Assembly (NCBI GenBank): GCA_963665775.2 | Contig: CAXXTF010000001.1 | Location: 768,001-832,000 of the forward strand | Origin: Dehalococcoidia bacterium | GTDB lineage: Bacteria > Chloroflexota > Dehalococcoidia > SM23-28-2 > RBG-16-64-32 | Direction of reading: 5' to 3' | Length of the DNA stretch: 64,000 bases | Part shown: piece by piece, positions 40,971 through 51,070 of the stretch | Layout: each line of letters opens with the position of its first letter | Numbering within the stretch: position 1 is the first letter of the stretch | Made by a program: the position numbers and the translations under genes | The notes under the pieces: generated by a model | The model's input: only the letters and a program-made list of their open reading frames with translations | Database searches by the model: none | What the model was told of the DNA's origin: nothing

Positions 40971-41177
40971 AGCAAATACCCTTCCCTTATTCAGACAGTC
41001 CATCATTCAATAACGACTCCGGCAGCGAATCATTTCAAAACGATAATTGCGATCGAAGACTGATTGTACCAGCCGCTCCTTTCTACTGGCTAGTGGCGCA
41101 CCCCAAAATCCCGTGTTCCCAGACCAAAAGCTCGGGGATTCGCGGTCCTGTGCCATCCGTTCTCCTCAGTGAGGCCG

Positions 41178-41384
41178 TCATAACCCGTCCTCAAGCCGCT
41201 CCAGGGCCAGCATCAGATCGCCGTGGCCGTTGCGGGGGTAGCGGGCCTGATCGCCCTCGTAGGTGCAGCTGCAGGGCCCACCCTCCGCGCAACCCGTACA
41301 GCAGAACGCCTCGCCATCCACCAGCTCGGGCAGCCCGGAGATCTCCACATCGCATGAAGCGCATCTTGGCCATTCGTTCTTCAC
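41178..41384 (-). CDS. Small Cys-rich metallothionein-like protein
   Basis: CASC...FCCTGCAEGGPCSC; AGGAG RBS before GTG. Confidence 0.65.
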   Translation of the reverse strand: MKNEWPRCASCDVEISGLPELVDGEAFCCTGCAEGGPCSCTYEGDQARYPRNGHGDLMLALERLEDGL

Positions 41385-41664
41385 CACGCAGCTCCTAGAC
41401 CGGCATCCAGTAATAGCTTCATCCTCATTATCCAGAAACAGAGGATATATTGAAGCGAAAAAGGGGGGCCGGATGGTTAAGAAACGGTGAATACGGGCCC
41501 GGGCCAAGAGGAGCTTTCCCGTGAACCGCAGCGTATCCACGCCGTGTAGCCGGCCAAATAACGGCTTGAGGGCCAGCTCTAGTCGCCCTGAACCGTGAGC
41601 CCTTCGCCGACGGTTTCCCCCTTCCATTGCGGGTTGTAGTAGGAGTAGGCCTGTGAGGCCGCAC

Positions 41665-41945
41665 CCTTGACGCCTTGACCGGCTGCGGTGGGTCGAATGT
41701 AACGCTAACCCGCACCACCACGATGTCGCTAACGTCCACGCGGGCCGTGTTGTAACCCACACTGATATCGAAGACGGCGGACGCCTCGTCTGGCTGGGCC
41801 AGGTTGTAGCGGCTCACCGCCTGCAGGACGGCCTCGCCCTTGCCCTCGGTCGTCACTTGCACCTGGCCGCCGACGGGGAGCGCCACCACTTGTATCACGT
41901 CGAAGTTTTCGGACGTGATGCGCACGTCCTTGGTGATATCGCCGG
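41665..41945 (-). pseudogene. Alpha-2-macroglobulin C-terminal region fragment
   Basis: ENFDVIQVV...EGKGEAVLQAVSRYNL...FDISV pattern. Confidence 0.5.
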
Positions 41946-42012
41946 CCCGTTGCTCACCCCGTGTTGGGTGGTCTGCCTCCCGAGTACGAGGGGCTCGCTG
42001 CTTAGCCTGTGC

Positions 42013-42130
42013 AGATACGGATGTAATTTTGGCACCCCACACTGCCATCGGCTTAGGCTCGAGCGGGAGAGCCGCCGAACGGCCCATTAGAAAACGGGCC
42101 GAAGAGCCCGAAAGTCGCTGAAGACTTACA
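42013..42130. mobile_element. Two solo IS ends
   Basis: AGATACGGATGTAATTTTGGCACCCCACA at 42013-42041; copy of 20083-20151 at 42062-42130. Confidence 0.75.
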
Positions 42131-42171
42131 TCCTAATTATGCTGACGACATACGGCGGGATCGCGTGACGG

Positions 42172-42702
42172 TCAGCCTTCGAGGGTACCACGAAGGGTCA
42201 GGAGCGCTCGATACTGGATTTCCCTGACGTCGGTCACGCTCTTGCCGATAACCGCCGCCATTTCCGTTTCGCTAAGACCATCCGTGAAGCGCATGACCAT
42301 CACGTGACGCTGATCTCCCTGTAGGCGGCTTACGGCTTCAGCGAGGGAGACATCGGATTTGGCGTCTCCGGTTGTCTCCTCTGTCGATTGCCTGGGGCGG
42401 TCATGTTGGAAAGAGGTCGCGCCGGCCTCGGTCGAACTGTAGGTGATGCGCAGGAGCCAAACGAAAAAGGAGGCCCGACCCTTCTCAAAGCTGCGGATGG
42501 ACTGGCTGGCGACGGAAAAGGTTTGTGCGGTCAATTCCTTGGCTACATCCGGATGATCTACAAGGCGAGAGATATGGCGGAACAGCTTGGAGGCGTACTG
42601 ATCGAAGAGTTGGCCGAAAGCCTTCCTGTCGCCTTCAGTTGCTCGCGATACGAGCGCCAATTCGTAACCTTCGCGGCCGGCCGGTCCAATCACTTGCCTC
42701 AT
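42172..42702 (-). CDS. ECF RNA polymerase sigma factor
   Basis: GDRKAFGQLFDQY region 2, FFVWLLRI; region 4 QRHVMVMRF...IQYRAL. Confidence 0.85.
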   Translation of the reverse strand: MRQVIGPAGREGYELALVSRATEGDRKAFGQLFDQYASKLFRHISRLVDHPDVAKELTAQTFSVASQSIRSFEKGRASFFVWLLRITYSSTEAGATSFQHDRPRQSTEETTGDAKSDVSLAEAVSRLQGDQRHVMVMRFTDGLSETEMAAVIGKSVTDVREIQYRALLTLRGTLEG

Positions 42703-42838
42703 CCTTCGCTCGGATTGCCAGGAGGTCTTCGAGGTCCAAGGTGTATCAACACTGCGATCCAGTGTAGCGGCTTGTTGAACGCACTAAAGGCCGCGTTGGT
42801 TAATGTTTGGTAAATACGTCCTACCATGGCAAATGGTT

Positions 42839-42866
42839 TGTAACATGCAGCAAAGCGACGCGTCTT
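42839..42866 (+). promoter_or_regulatory. ECF-type promoter
   Basis: TGTAAC-N16-CGTCTT upstream of 42947. Confidence 0.55.
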
Positions 42867-42946
42867 ACTTTGTGATACACGCGGAGGGCTTTCTGCCTGT
42901 CCCTAACCGGTTAACTTGAGGAGTCCATTCGCGTTTACACGTAACG

Positions 42947-43219
42947 ATGACACTTATACAAGATGCGCTGGCCGACTGCCTGAGCTCTCTAGAGAAGGGC
43001 GAGTCCGATCTCGAGGGTTGTCTCGAGAGGTATCCTGAGCATGGGGAGGAGTTATCGGCCCTCTTACACTTGTGGGCTGACCTGCCCAGACTCTCGTCGG
43101 ATATCGAGCCTTCGCCGACTTGGCGTGTTCGAACCAGAACGGCGCTTCTAGCCAAGTTCGAGGGTAAGGACCCATATACCTTATCTGAACGCAGGACTGC
43201 GTCGTACGTGTCTCATTGA
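42947..43219 (+). CDS. Anti-sigma-like N-terminal domain protein, no TM
   Basis: LADCL...LEGCLERYPEHGEELSALL...PSP.WR..TR..LL. Confidence 0.65.
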   Translation: MTLIQDALADCLSSLEKGESDLEGCLERYPEHGEELSALLHLWADLPRLSSDIEPSPTWRVRTRTALLAKFEGKDPYTLSERRTASYVSH

Positions 43220-43232
43220 GCCGCTCCTCTAT

Positions 43233-44078
43233 TGTATGGGGCATAATGTCATCCGTATCTGAAACAGGTCAAGCAGCCAGCCATTCATACTCGTGATGTA
43301 ATCCCCCCAGCACCGGCCGGGCAACGATCGGCCCGACCCGGGGCGGGCCAGCCCGTGCAGGTGGCCCGGTGGGAGTCTCGAGATCCAGAGTGCGATAAGG
43401 TCGCCCGTTGTTGTAGTGGAACTCGTACTCCAGCAGCACCGCACGAAGATGCCGCTCATTGATAATGATCAGGTGATCTAGGCACTCTCTGCGGAGTGTG
43501 CGCATCACTCGTTCGGCGATGGCGTTCGCCTTGGGAGCTCGGATCGGGGTGAGTATGACTTCGATACCCAGCCAGGTCGCCCTTGGGATGAAGCTCCCAC
43601 CATAGCAGCAGTCGCGATCCCGCGCCACGTGCTTCGGCTGCTTACCCCAGGGTGTGGCCTCGATGAGCGGTCGCCATACCCACTCTGCATTAGGGTGGGC
43701 AGTCACGTTCAGGTGAACAAGCTGGCGCCGGCCATCAGAGATGAAAAGGAACACGTAAAGAGTCTTCAGGGCCAGCGTCTGAACAGTGTAGAAGTCAGCG
43801 GCCCAGATATGGGGCACGTGGTTCTTGAGAAAGATTCACCAGGACTGAGATGGCGGGCCGCGCCATCTTGATCGGCGGTAGCGCCGCACCGTTCGAGAGC
43901 TGATGTCATAGCCCAGCTTGCGGAGTTCGCCGACGATGCGCATGCTGCCCCAGCGGGGATTCTCGCAGGCTAGGCGGCCGGATCATCGCCCGGCCTGTGC
44001 TTGGCGCCCTGCTCTACGATTACGGAAGGCAGGCAGCGTGATCCCAGAACGCTGGCGGATCAGTTTTGCACCCCCACA
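43233..44078 (-). mobile_element. Internally deleted or hybrid rve-type IS
   Basis: Homologous to 18492-19235; ends in the ~105-bp unit ...TTTTGCACCCCCACA. Confidence 0.88.
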
Positions 44079-44101
44079 GCTGATCGCAAGAAAAAGGTTC
44101 A

Positions 44102-44638
44102 CTAGTCAGGATCACGTAGGCAAAGGCAGGAGTACATTTGCCCAAGAAAGCGCGATGGTATTGCTGACAGCAGACGGCAGTCAGCAAAGCCAACTAGCTC
44201 GGCCAAACGTTTGCAGGAGGGAAAGTCGATCGGGTAGGGAACCCAGTGATTCCCAGCATTTGTGTCGTACTCAACAATGATGAGCCTCCCACGGGGCTTG
44301 AGATAGGACATGACAAGGCGAATGACCGGCTCCTTGGTCTTAACAAAGTGCAGAGAGTTGGCCATCACGATGCCATCGAGCGGGGGCAGCGCTAGCGGCT
44401 CCGTAAAGTCCGCCTTTACGAACTCTAGTGCGGCGTGCTGAGGATTTCGATCAAACATACTCTGCTGCGCCGACAGGGCAACACCGTCCTTGTCCACGGA
44501 GTAAATGTGGCCATTAGGGCTGATAAGGTTCGAGAGAGCGAGCGTGAAGATTCCGGTCCCGGAGCCCAAATCTCTCCAATGCCCGCCGCGCGTGGGGACC
44601 CCCCGGCTAATAAGACCTTGCTCCTTCGCCACAATCAT
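44102..44638 (-). CDS. Class I SAM-dependent methyltransferase
   Basis: DLGSGTG, ANSLHF, LKPRGRLIIVEY. Confidence 0.88.
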   Translation of the reverse strand: MIVAKEQGLISRGVPTRGGHWRDLGSGTGIFTLALSNLISPNGHIYSVDKDGVALSAQQSMFDRNPQHAALEFVKADFTEPLALPPLDGIVMANSLHFVKTKEPVIRLVMSYLKPRGRLIIVEYDTNAGNHWVPYPIDFPSCKRLAELVGFADCRLLSAIPSRFLGQMYSCLCLRDPD

Positions 44639-45009
44639 CGGTCGCCTCAGTCGAATGACCAGCTTGCCTTACGGACGCAAGGCATGGATACAACCAAGGT
44701 ATCAGATCCAGACATTAGATCAGAGACGTGACTGGGATCGCTGGCTCCTGAAACCCGCAACACCAATCAGGGCCTGGCAATGCCTGCTACTTGGAGATCA
44801 GACATGTCAGCGCGGTATCTGTATACTTCGCGCCGACGCTCTCAGCCCCCGTTTGAGGAATGGTCGCGTGACCGGCCGGGTCGAGTCCCTCCAGCCATTG
44901 TCCGTGCGGACCTCCGGATCCATCCCACCGCCCAGCAACTCCCATCTAATGTTGTCATCGGGTTCATCGCGCAGACGCAGGTCATATAATGGGGCCTACA
45001 GGTGGACCA

Positions 45010-45221
45010 AGCCGGAAGGGGGCATCGGATGCCACCCTTCCGACCGGCCATATCATGGCATCTCGTTCTACTGTGACGACATTGAGGCCACGGTCGCCGA
45101 GCTGGCACAGCGAGGAGTCGAGTTCAGCGCCCCAATCAGGGAGGAGGAAGGGGGCTCGGTCACGACGTTCGAGCTGCCCGGCGGAGGTCCGGTCGACCTC
45201 TACCAACCGAAATACACCTAG
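45010..45221 (+). pseudogene. VOC/glyoxalase C-terminal fragment
   Basis: ISFYCDDIEATVAELAQRGVEF...LYQP. Confidence 0.75.
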
Positions 45222-45242
45222 GGATAGGAAGCGAGGAATATC

Positions 45243-46073
45243 GTGCCCATAGATCGTGTCCTCATTACCGGAACATCGACGGGGATTGGGCGGGCAACCG
45301 CCGAGCTGCTGGCCGAGAAGGGTTACCGAGTCGTTGCCACCATGCGCAATACGGGGAAGGGCAGCGAGCTGGTGGAGAGGGCACAATCAAAGGGTTGGGA
45401 CCTGGCGATCATACCTTTAGATGTTCGCAACGATGAATCCGTGGAGGCAGCCTTCCAACAAGCTGGAGAAATCGATGTGCTAGTTAACAACGCCGGCTTT
45501 TCGGTCCGAGGGGCTGTGGAGGAGATCACCTTGGCCGACTTGATCGATCAGTTCGAGACCAATGTTTACGGGGTCTTCCGATGCATCCAGGCCGCTTTAC
45601 CGTCAATGCGAAAACGTGGCCACGGGACCATCGTCAACGTATCGTCAGTGGGCGGATTGGTTGGCCATCCGTTCAACAGCGCATACGCTTCGTCGAAGCA
45701 TGCACTCGAAGGCCTTACTGAGTCCTTGCATCACGAGATAGCTCCTTTCGGGGTGCGAGTCCACCTAATAGAGCCTGGACTCGTCGGCGGCACCGCCTTT
45801 TTCGATAATTGGCGGTCGGTTGGCGGGAGCGCCTCGGAGACGTCTTCACCTTATGCTACCTTTATCCCTGGAATCGAACACCCCACCGATCGGCCCGGCG
45901 CTGTACTATCTCCCAATCACGAGGTGGCGGAGGTCATATTGGAGGCCATCGAAAAAGGTGACAGGCTTCGGTATCCTGTCGGCCAATACGCGAGGGAGGT
46001 TTTCGCATTTCGCAAGCAGGCGAACGACGAGATCCTGAAAACTTTGGGGCCGCAACTTGGCCTTACCTCGTAA
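45243..46073 (+). CDS. Short-chain dehydrogenase/reductase
   Basis: TGTSTGIG, NNAG, YASSK. Confidence 0.95.
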   Translation: MPIDRVLITGTSTGIGRATAELLAEKGYRVVATMRNTGKGSELVERAQSKGWDLAIIPLDVRNDESVEAAFQQAGEIDVLVNNAGFSVRGAVEEITLADLIDQFETNVYGVFRCIQAALPSMRKRGHGTIVNVSSVGGLVGHPFNSAYASSKHALEGLTESLHHEIAPFGVRVHLIEPGLVGGTAFFDNWRSVGGSASETSSPYATFIPGIEHPTDRPGAVLSPNHEVAEVILEAIEKGDRLRYPVGQYAREVFAFRKQANDEILKTLGPQLGLTS

Positions 46074-46139
46074 TCTTTGTCTCTGTAACCGTTAGTGAAT
46101 AGCACCTAGACCACTATGAGTTGATAGCGTCTCCCGGGT

Positions 46140-46333
46140 GCTACGCGCGTCGACAGGCCGACGGCGCTCAACGTGAAGACCACGATCAGGATGCCCAGGA
46201 TGGTGTGGTTGCGGCGGGCGTAGCGAAACCCCTCGCTAACGTGGAGAAGCATCCCCGGCTGTCTGGAGTCGGCCGCTGCTGCATCCCTGGGGGGCATGAA
46301 CATTAGGGCCAGGAAGAGGATGGCGTTGCCCAC
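46140..46333 (-). pseudogene. MFS transporter fragment
   Basis: EGFRYARRNHTILGIL central-loop motif. Confidence 0.55.
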
Positions 46334-46590
46334 CCCGCTCAGTGCGAAGGTGGCGGCGATGCGGTAGGGTGCCCAGGGCTCCAGGACGAGATGGCGCTGC
46401 CCGGTTCCGGGACGGGAATCTCCTCACGGTCTCCCACAATGGCCTCAGTCTAGCACGGGATAATTCGAGCGATATCGAGGGGCAGCGGTTTCCAGGATCC
46501 GGACGCAGCCGATTGCCCTGAGCACTTAACTCCAGGAGACGGAATCCCAAGCGGATCAGACGCAAGACGTTGCAGGCACCCCGTCGAGCC

Positions 46591-46612
46591 CGCACTATGT
46601 GTCGATAGTCCC
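46591..46612. repeat. Dispersed palindrome, inverted copy
   Basis: Reverse complement GGGACTATCGACACATAGTGCG shares ATCGACACATAGTG with 14057-14079. Confidence 0.6.
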
Positions 46613-46850
46613 CGGGCGGCAGCCGATCACTTGAGGCAGAGGCGACCAAATGACAGAATGAGGGGGCTGCCAATTCGCCCCGAGATGGCTAATGCATCTG
46701 CCGTCTTCCGGCTAGGCACTTGCTAAAGAGATTCGGCCCGGCCGGCTGGAGGGGAAGAACCCTGTCTCTTCTCGTACCTGCCTGAGCGAGCAGGCTTACT
46801 CCGCCCAGGATGGCCAACGCTGGATCTAGACGAGCATCGATCGGAAGGCT

Positions 46851-48143
46851 GTGAACCTAGGAACTCTCGTCTCAGCGCGCACTGGTCTTTTCTTCGGCTG
46901 GTGGGTGGTCTTCGTATCCGCGTTTGTCGTTTTGTTGACCGCAGGTACTTTCTACTACGGATTCGGCACCCTGTTCGGTCCTCTAGTAAAGGAGTTTGGT
47001 TGGAGCCATGCCTCCATCTCCCTCGCCTTTTCCCTGCGCACGGAGGTGGGCGGTGTGGCAGCACCGGTAGTCGGGCTCTTGGTAGACAGGGTGGGGCCGC
47101 GGCGGCTGATGACGGGCGGCGTGATTACTGTTGCCGTTGGGTTCATCTTGCTAAGCCGCGTCCAAACGCTGGGGGCATTCTATGTGGCGGTACTCATCAT
47201 TGCGGTGGGGATGAGCGCCTCTGGCGGGACTGTCGGATACGTAGCTATCGCACACTGGTTCCGCCGCCACCGGGGCATGGCCATGGGCCTTCTTACGGTA
47301 GGAGGCGGAGTCAGCGGCATCATGGTGGTGGTCCTGGCAGCGCTGATTTCCATCACCGGTTGGCGGGACACGTTGCTTATTCTGGGCCTGACGCAGATGG
47401 TCATATGTGTACCTCTGGCGCTGAGTATCCGCAATAGGCCGGAGGATCTTGGACTGAAGCCGGACGGGATCTCGGAATCTCGCCAAGAACCGTCGCTGCC
47501 CAGTGAATCCGATAGTGCACAGGCATCGGAAGGCCTCACCGTACGAGAAGCATTGCGCTCACCGTCCTTCTGGAGATTCGGCACATCGATCGCTCTCTTC
47601 AACCTTGGGACCACAGCTATCGTCGTGCACCAAATTCCATTTTTCACCTCGGGTATAGGCTTATCTGAGGGAGCAGCGGCCGCCTCCGTGACAGCGTTTA
47701 CCTTAATGAGCATTATCGGCCGGTTTAGCGGTGGATATCTTGCAGATTTTGTCGACAAGCGATTCATCCTGGCCGGGACTTACACATTGACTGGCATCTC
47801 CATACTGCTATTCGCCTCAATATACGAGATCTGGCAGATCTTCATTGTCCTGCCGTTGTTCGCGGTCGGCTTCGGAGGAACGATCCCTGTACGAGCCGCC
47901 TTCCAGGCAGAACACTTCGGGCTGAGGGCTTACGGTGCCATTCAGGGCCTGCTGTTGACGATGGGCACTCTCGGTGGCGTGGCAGGACCGGTCCTGGTTG
48001 GGTGGATCTTCGACCAAACCGAGTCTTATCACCTGGCCTTCGCGCTCGTGTCCGCTGGCGCTCTCCTGGGAGCACCGCTCATGCTGTCGATTCCTAAGAC
48101 GGTAGGTCAGATTCGGCTGCCGAAGGACCTGATCGTCGACTAG
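46851..48143 (+). CDS. MFS transporter (OFA/monocarboxylate-like)
   Basis: GLLVDRVGPR, WFRRHRG, 12 TM. Confidence 0.92.
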   Translation: MNLGTLVSARTGLFFGWWVVFVSAFVVLLTAGTFYYGFGTLFGPLVKEFGWSHASISLAFSLRTEVGGVAAPVVGLLVDRVGPRRLMTGGVITVAVGFILLSRVQTLGAFYVAVLIIAVGMSASGGTVGYVAIAHWFRRHRGMAMGLLTVGGGVSGIMVVVLAALISITGWRDTLLILGLTQMVICVPLALSIRNRPEDLGLKPDGISESRQEPSLPSESDSAQASEGLTVREALRSPSFWRFGTSIALFNLGTTAIVVHQIPFFTSGIGLSEGAAAASVTAFTLMSIIGRFSGGYLADFVDKRFILAGTYTLTGISILLFASIYEIWQIFIVLPLFAVGFGGTIPVRAAFQAEHFGLRAYGAIQGLLLTMGTLGGVAGPVLVGWIFDQTESYHLAFALVSAGALLGAPLMLSIPKTVGQIRLPKDLIVD

Positions 48144-48240
48144 AATGTTTGACGTTGTTCCCCTTGCCTGTCAATCGTAGAGTCTGGCCCTTCAGGTCTA
48201 CATCGCCCAGGTTGAGCCCGTGCAGCTCCGAAAGACGGAT

Positions 48241-48600
48241 TGTCGGGCGCTAAAACCTCATCCGTATCTGGACGGGGTTGACTTGATGAGGTGATTGGGC
48301 CAGCTTTGGGGCATTACGTAGTCACGGAGGCCCAGCATTGATCACCTACTTTCTGCTTCTTTGCTCTGCCCTAAGCGCCGCCGTTAGATCTCAGCAGCAC
48401 CTCGTCCTGGAGAATCTCGCCCTCCGCCAGCAACTCGCCGTCCTCTCCCGCCAGTCGCGTCGACCCAGGCTGGAACCCGCTGACCGCCTGTTCTGGTCCT
48501 TCCTCTCTAGGCGCTGGTCGCGCTGGCAATCGGCGGTGGTTCTCGTTCAGCCGGAGACGGTCATCCGCTGGCAACGCACAGCCTGGCGACGCTGTTGGAC
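48241..48600 (+). mobile_element. 5' remnant of the rve-type IS
   Basis: Degenerate IR at 48241; ENLALRQQL...QPETVIRWQR. Confidence 0.85.
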
Positions 48601-48700
48601 ATCGCCGGCCACCTTCCGGGCCATGCCAGCCCGTCCACCTCGGCCATCTACGTGCAAGTCACAGAGACACAGCAGCGGAAGTTGTACGAGGTTACGGGAC
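48600..48700 (+). pseudogene. Tyrosine recombinase C-terminal remnant
   Basis: HLPGHASPSTSAIYVQV resembles LGH.S..TT.IY. Confidence 0.6.
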
Positions 48701-49735
48701 ATCGCCGGCCTGGTCCAGGTCGCCGATCTCGTCCCTCATCCCCAGCGCCACTAACGCCTCTTCCACTACCTGGACGTGCAACGCTACCCGGCGCTCCAGC
48801 GGCTGTTGCTGGCCCATCTCCACCGTAAGCACCGCAACGTCACGATAGAGGCGCCCAATACCCAGGCTTGACCGGCTGCTGCCGGAGATACCCACAGGGG
48901 CGGCGGACGCGGACTCCGGCGGCAGGAAAGACGTCCCGGCCCCGCCGCGCCACGTGAACTCCAGGAAGGTCATCTCCTCCTGGGGGGTTGTGATCTTTCC
49001 GTTTACGGATTCCACGACCTCACGCGCCAGCCTTTCCCCTTTGCCGTTGGGGTAGGCGAGGACGGTCTGGCCTAGGAACGCCGTGTCTCTGTAGGGGCGG
49101 TTCTCATAGAATCCCCACGACTCGTGGAGATCGAGCACGGCGTCGACCGCGAACTCGTCCACCAGGCTCACAATCTCGGCGGCGAGCCGGGCCATTGGGC
49201 TCCCCTGGGCGTCACCCGGGTACGAGCGATTGAGGTCGCTCAGGCCGGGGGCGGTGCGTGAGCCGGCGATTATGGCCCCTTCGTTGGCCCGCGGCACCAC
49301 CAGAAGCGCGCCAGCATCCGGTCTCATCACCTCGAGCAGTTCCTCCGCCGCCAGCCAGCCGCCGGGCTCGTTGCCGTGCACGCCTCCCAGGACCAGGATC
49401 ACCGGCCCCGGCTTGCCGCTTCCAATAACATAGAGAGCCGTCTCCTGCGGGGTGCCGACCATGAGCAGCCGTTCTTGAGTCCCGGCAGGATGCACTATCG
49501 GGGCGGGCGTCGGGGTTGGAGTCGGCGCCGGGTGGGACGGCTCAACGGACGGCGTCGAAGTGGTCGGCGGCAGCGCTCCTCTGACCGGGGTCGGCTCCGG
49601 CAGCTCAATACCAGCTGGCTCGGTGCCGGCTCCGCCGCAGGCTATGAGGAAGGCCAATACGGCGGCCGCCAGGCAGGCCGAGAACGGCTGCCGCCAGCTC
49701 TTCAATCTCGCCTTGGTCTCCTGGGATCCGATCAT
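48692..49735 (-). CDS. Succinylglutamate desuccinylase/aspartoacylase (M14-like) lipoprotein
   Basis: LIAC lipobox; GGVHGNE, DLNR, LDLHES. Confidence 0.85.
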   Translation of the reverse strand: MIGSQETKARLKSWRQPFSACLAAAVLAFLIACGGAGTEPAGIELPEPTPVRGALPPTTSTPSVEPSHPAPTPTPTPAPIVHPAGTQERLLMVGTPQETALYVIGSGKPGPVILVLGGVHGNEPGGWLAAEELLEVMRPDAGALLVVPRANEGAIIAGSRTAPGLSDLNRSYPGDAQGSPMARLAAEIVSLVDEFAVDAVLDLHESWGFYENRPYRDTAFLGQTVLAYPNGKGERLAREVVESVNGKITTPQEEMTFLEFTWRGGAGTSFLPPESASAAPVGISGSSRSSLGIGRLYRDVAVLTVEMGQQQPLERRVALHVQVVEEALVALGMRDEIGDLDQAGDVP

Positions 49736-50016
49736 TTCTGAAGCAAGCCGGAATCTAGCCGCAGACCGCGGGTCTACACACCGAGGGTCACCCGCCCATT
49801 GTAACGGGTAACGCCCCAGGTTCGCAGTCCGGCGGTTATTCACAGCCGGATGCTCGGCCCGACTCCCGCTCTTCGGGGCTGCCGCCAACGAGTAGGAGCC
49901 CGCACGACCGTCGATCACCCAGTCGGACCAGAGCCCATGACACAGGGATTTCTACTCCGGGAGTCTAGCCATGATTGGTAAGGACCACAGAGGGCCAACC
50001 CCTTACATCTAAGTGA

Positions 50017-50062
50017 TGGAGGGCCCGGTGGGATTCGAACCCACGACTCCCGGATTAAAAGT
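50017..50062 (-). other. 3' half of tRNA-Lys(UUU); att-site duplication
   Basis: CTTTTAA loop, GGGTTCGAATCCC T-arm, CGGGCCCTCCA end; 5' half absent. Confidence 0.85.
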
Positions 50063-50180
50063 TCGCTGAGGCAAGTCTACCACGGTGCCTCAGCGTTCAC
50101 CTCCGTATCTGAGAAACGGCCTTGGGTGCGCAGTCGTCCACCTGAGGTTGTCGTCATCCGCCCAGGTTGTCGTCAGGTAG

Positions 50181-50283
50181 GGCCGGATCATCGCCCGGTC
50201 TGTGCTTGGCGGCCTGCTCTACGAATACGAAAGGCAGGCCGCGTGATCCCAGAACGCTGGCGAATCAGTTTTGCACCCCCACA
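50181..50283. repeat. Solo ~105-bp IS end
   Basis: Matches 43972-44078 and 53790-53896. Confidence 0.88.
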
Positions 50284-50350
50284 GGCCTTCGACTCACTCC
50301 GCGGACTCCGGATCCCTTTTCTTCGTCGCGACCATGGGTCGGCAGCTGAT

Positions 50351-50935
50351 CTACTGGACGCTTTCGACAAAATCCCGCGAGGAGGCGATCTCGGCCAATC
50401 GGGAGAGCACGTTCTCGATGATCCGGTCATGTAGCTCAACCTGAGGGGCGGCGCAACAATCCTCGAGGAGGACGACCCGATAGTCAGCGTCCGCGGCATG
50501 GCGGGTTGCTGCTGCCACCGGGAGTTGCGTGGCCATCCCCATAATGGCCAGCGTGTCTATGTTTCCAGCGCTGAGGATCGATTGCAGTTCAGAGTTGTAA
50601 AAGGGATTGATCCGCGGTCGGCTGACCACCACCTCATGGAGGGCCGGCTTCACCTCATTACAGATCTCCATCGCGTCGCTGCCTAGCCTGAATCCGCCAC
50701 TCTGCTTGATGCGGCTGAACACCTTGTTCCGATCGCTGACCTCGGGGTAGCCGCTACGGAAGCCCATCACCGCGTGGATCACTGGTATACGGGCGGCCCG
50801 AGCGGCGTTCATGACCTTTCGCGCATTGCCTAGAATGTCGCGTTCTCGAATCATTGGGCTGTTCGCGATGCTCCCCTTGAAGAAGCTAATTGACAGAACA
50901 GCCGTTCCGGCTCTGTTAAGATTCAGATTCGACAC
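50351..50935 (-). CDS. Isochorismatase/cysteine hydrolase family protein
   Basis: AARAARIPVIH, AADADYRVVLLEDCCA; catalytic residues altered. Confidence 0.85.
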   Translation of the reverse strand: MSNLNLNRAGTAVLSISFFKGSIANSPMIRERDILGNARKVMNAARAARIPVIHAVMGFRSGYPEVSDRNKVFSRIKQSGGFRLGSDAMEICNEVKPALHEVVVSRPRINPFYNSELQSILSAGNIDTLAIMGMATQLPVAAATRHAADADYRVVLLEDCCAAPQVELHDRIIENVLSRLAEIASSRDFVESVQ

Positions 50936-51070
50936 CAGCGACCTCCGTTGTAGCTCTTCTCCCGCAACGCACGGCGGCTCAGAAAGCTCTCCAAGGAGAC
51001 ATTCGACAGGTGCGCGCCGGGCATCCCTCTGCCTCGGCCTTGGCTGCGAAGATAGAGGGCCAAAGGCTTC

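Noticed and set aside
49745-49866. c-di-AMP riboswitch-like leader on the minus strand
   Set aside because: Some pairing and GAACC/UGGGG words are present, but the conserved core motifs do not match well enough
50017-50095. Intact tRNA gene
   Set aside because: No D-arm, 5' acceptor strand or anticodon stem pairing
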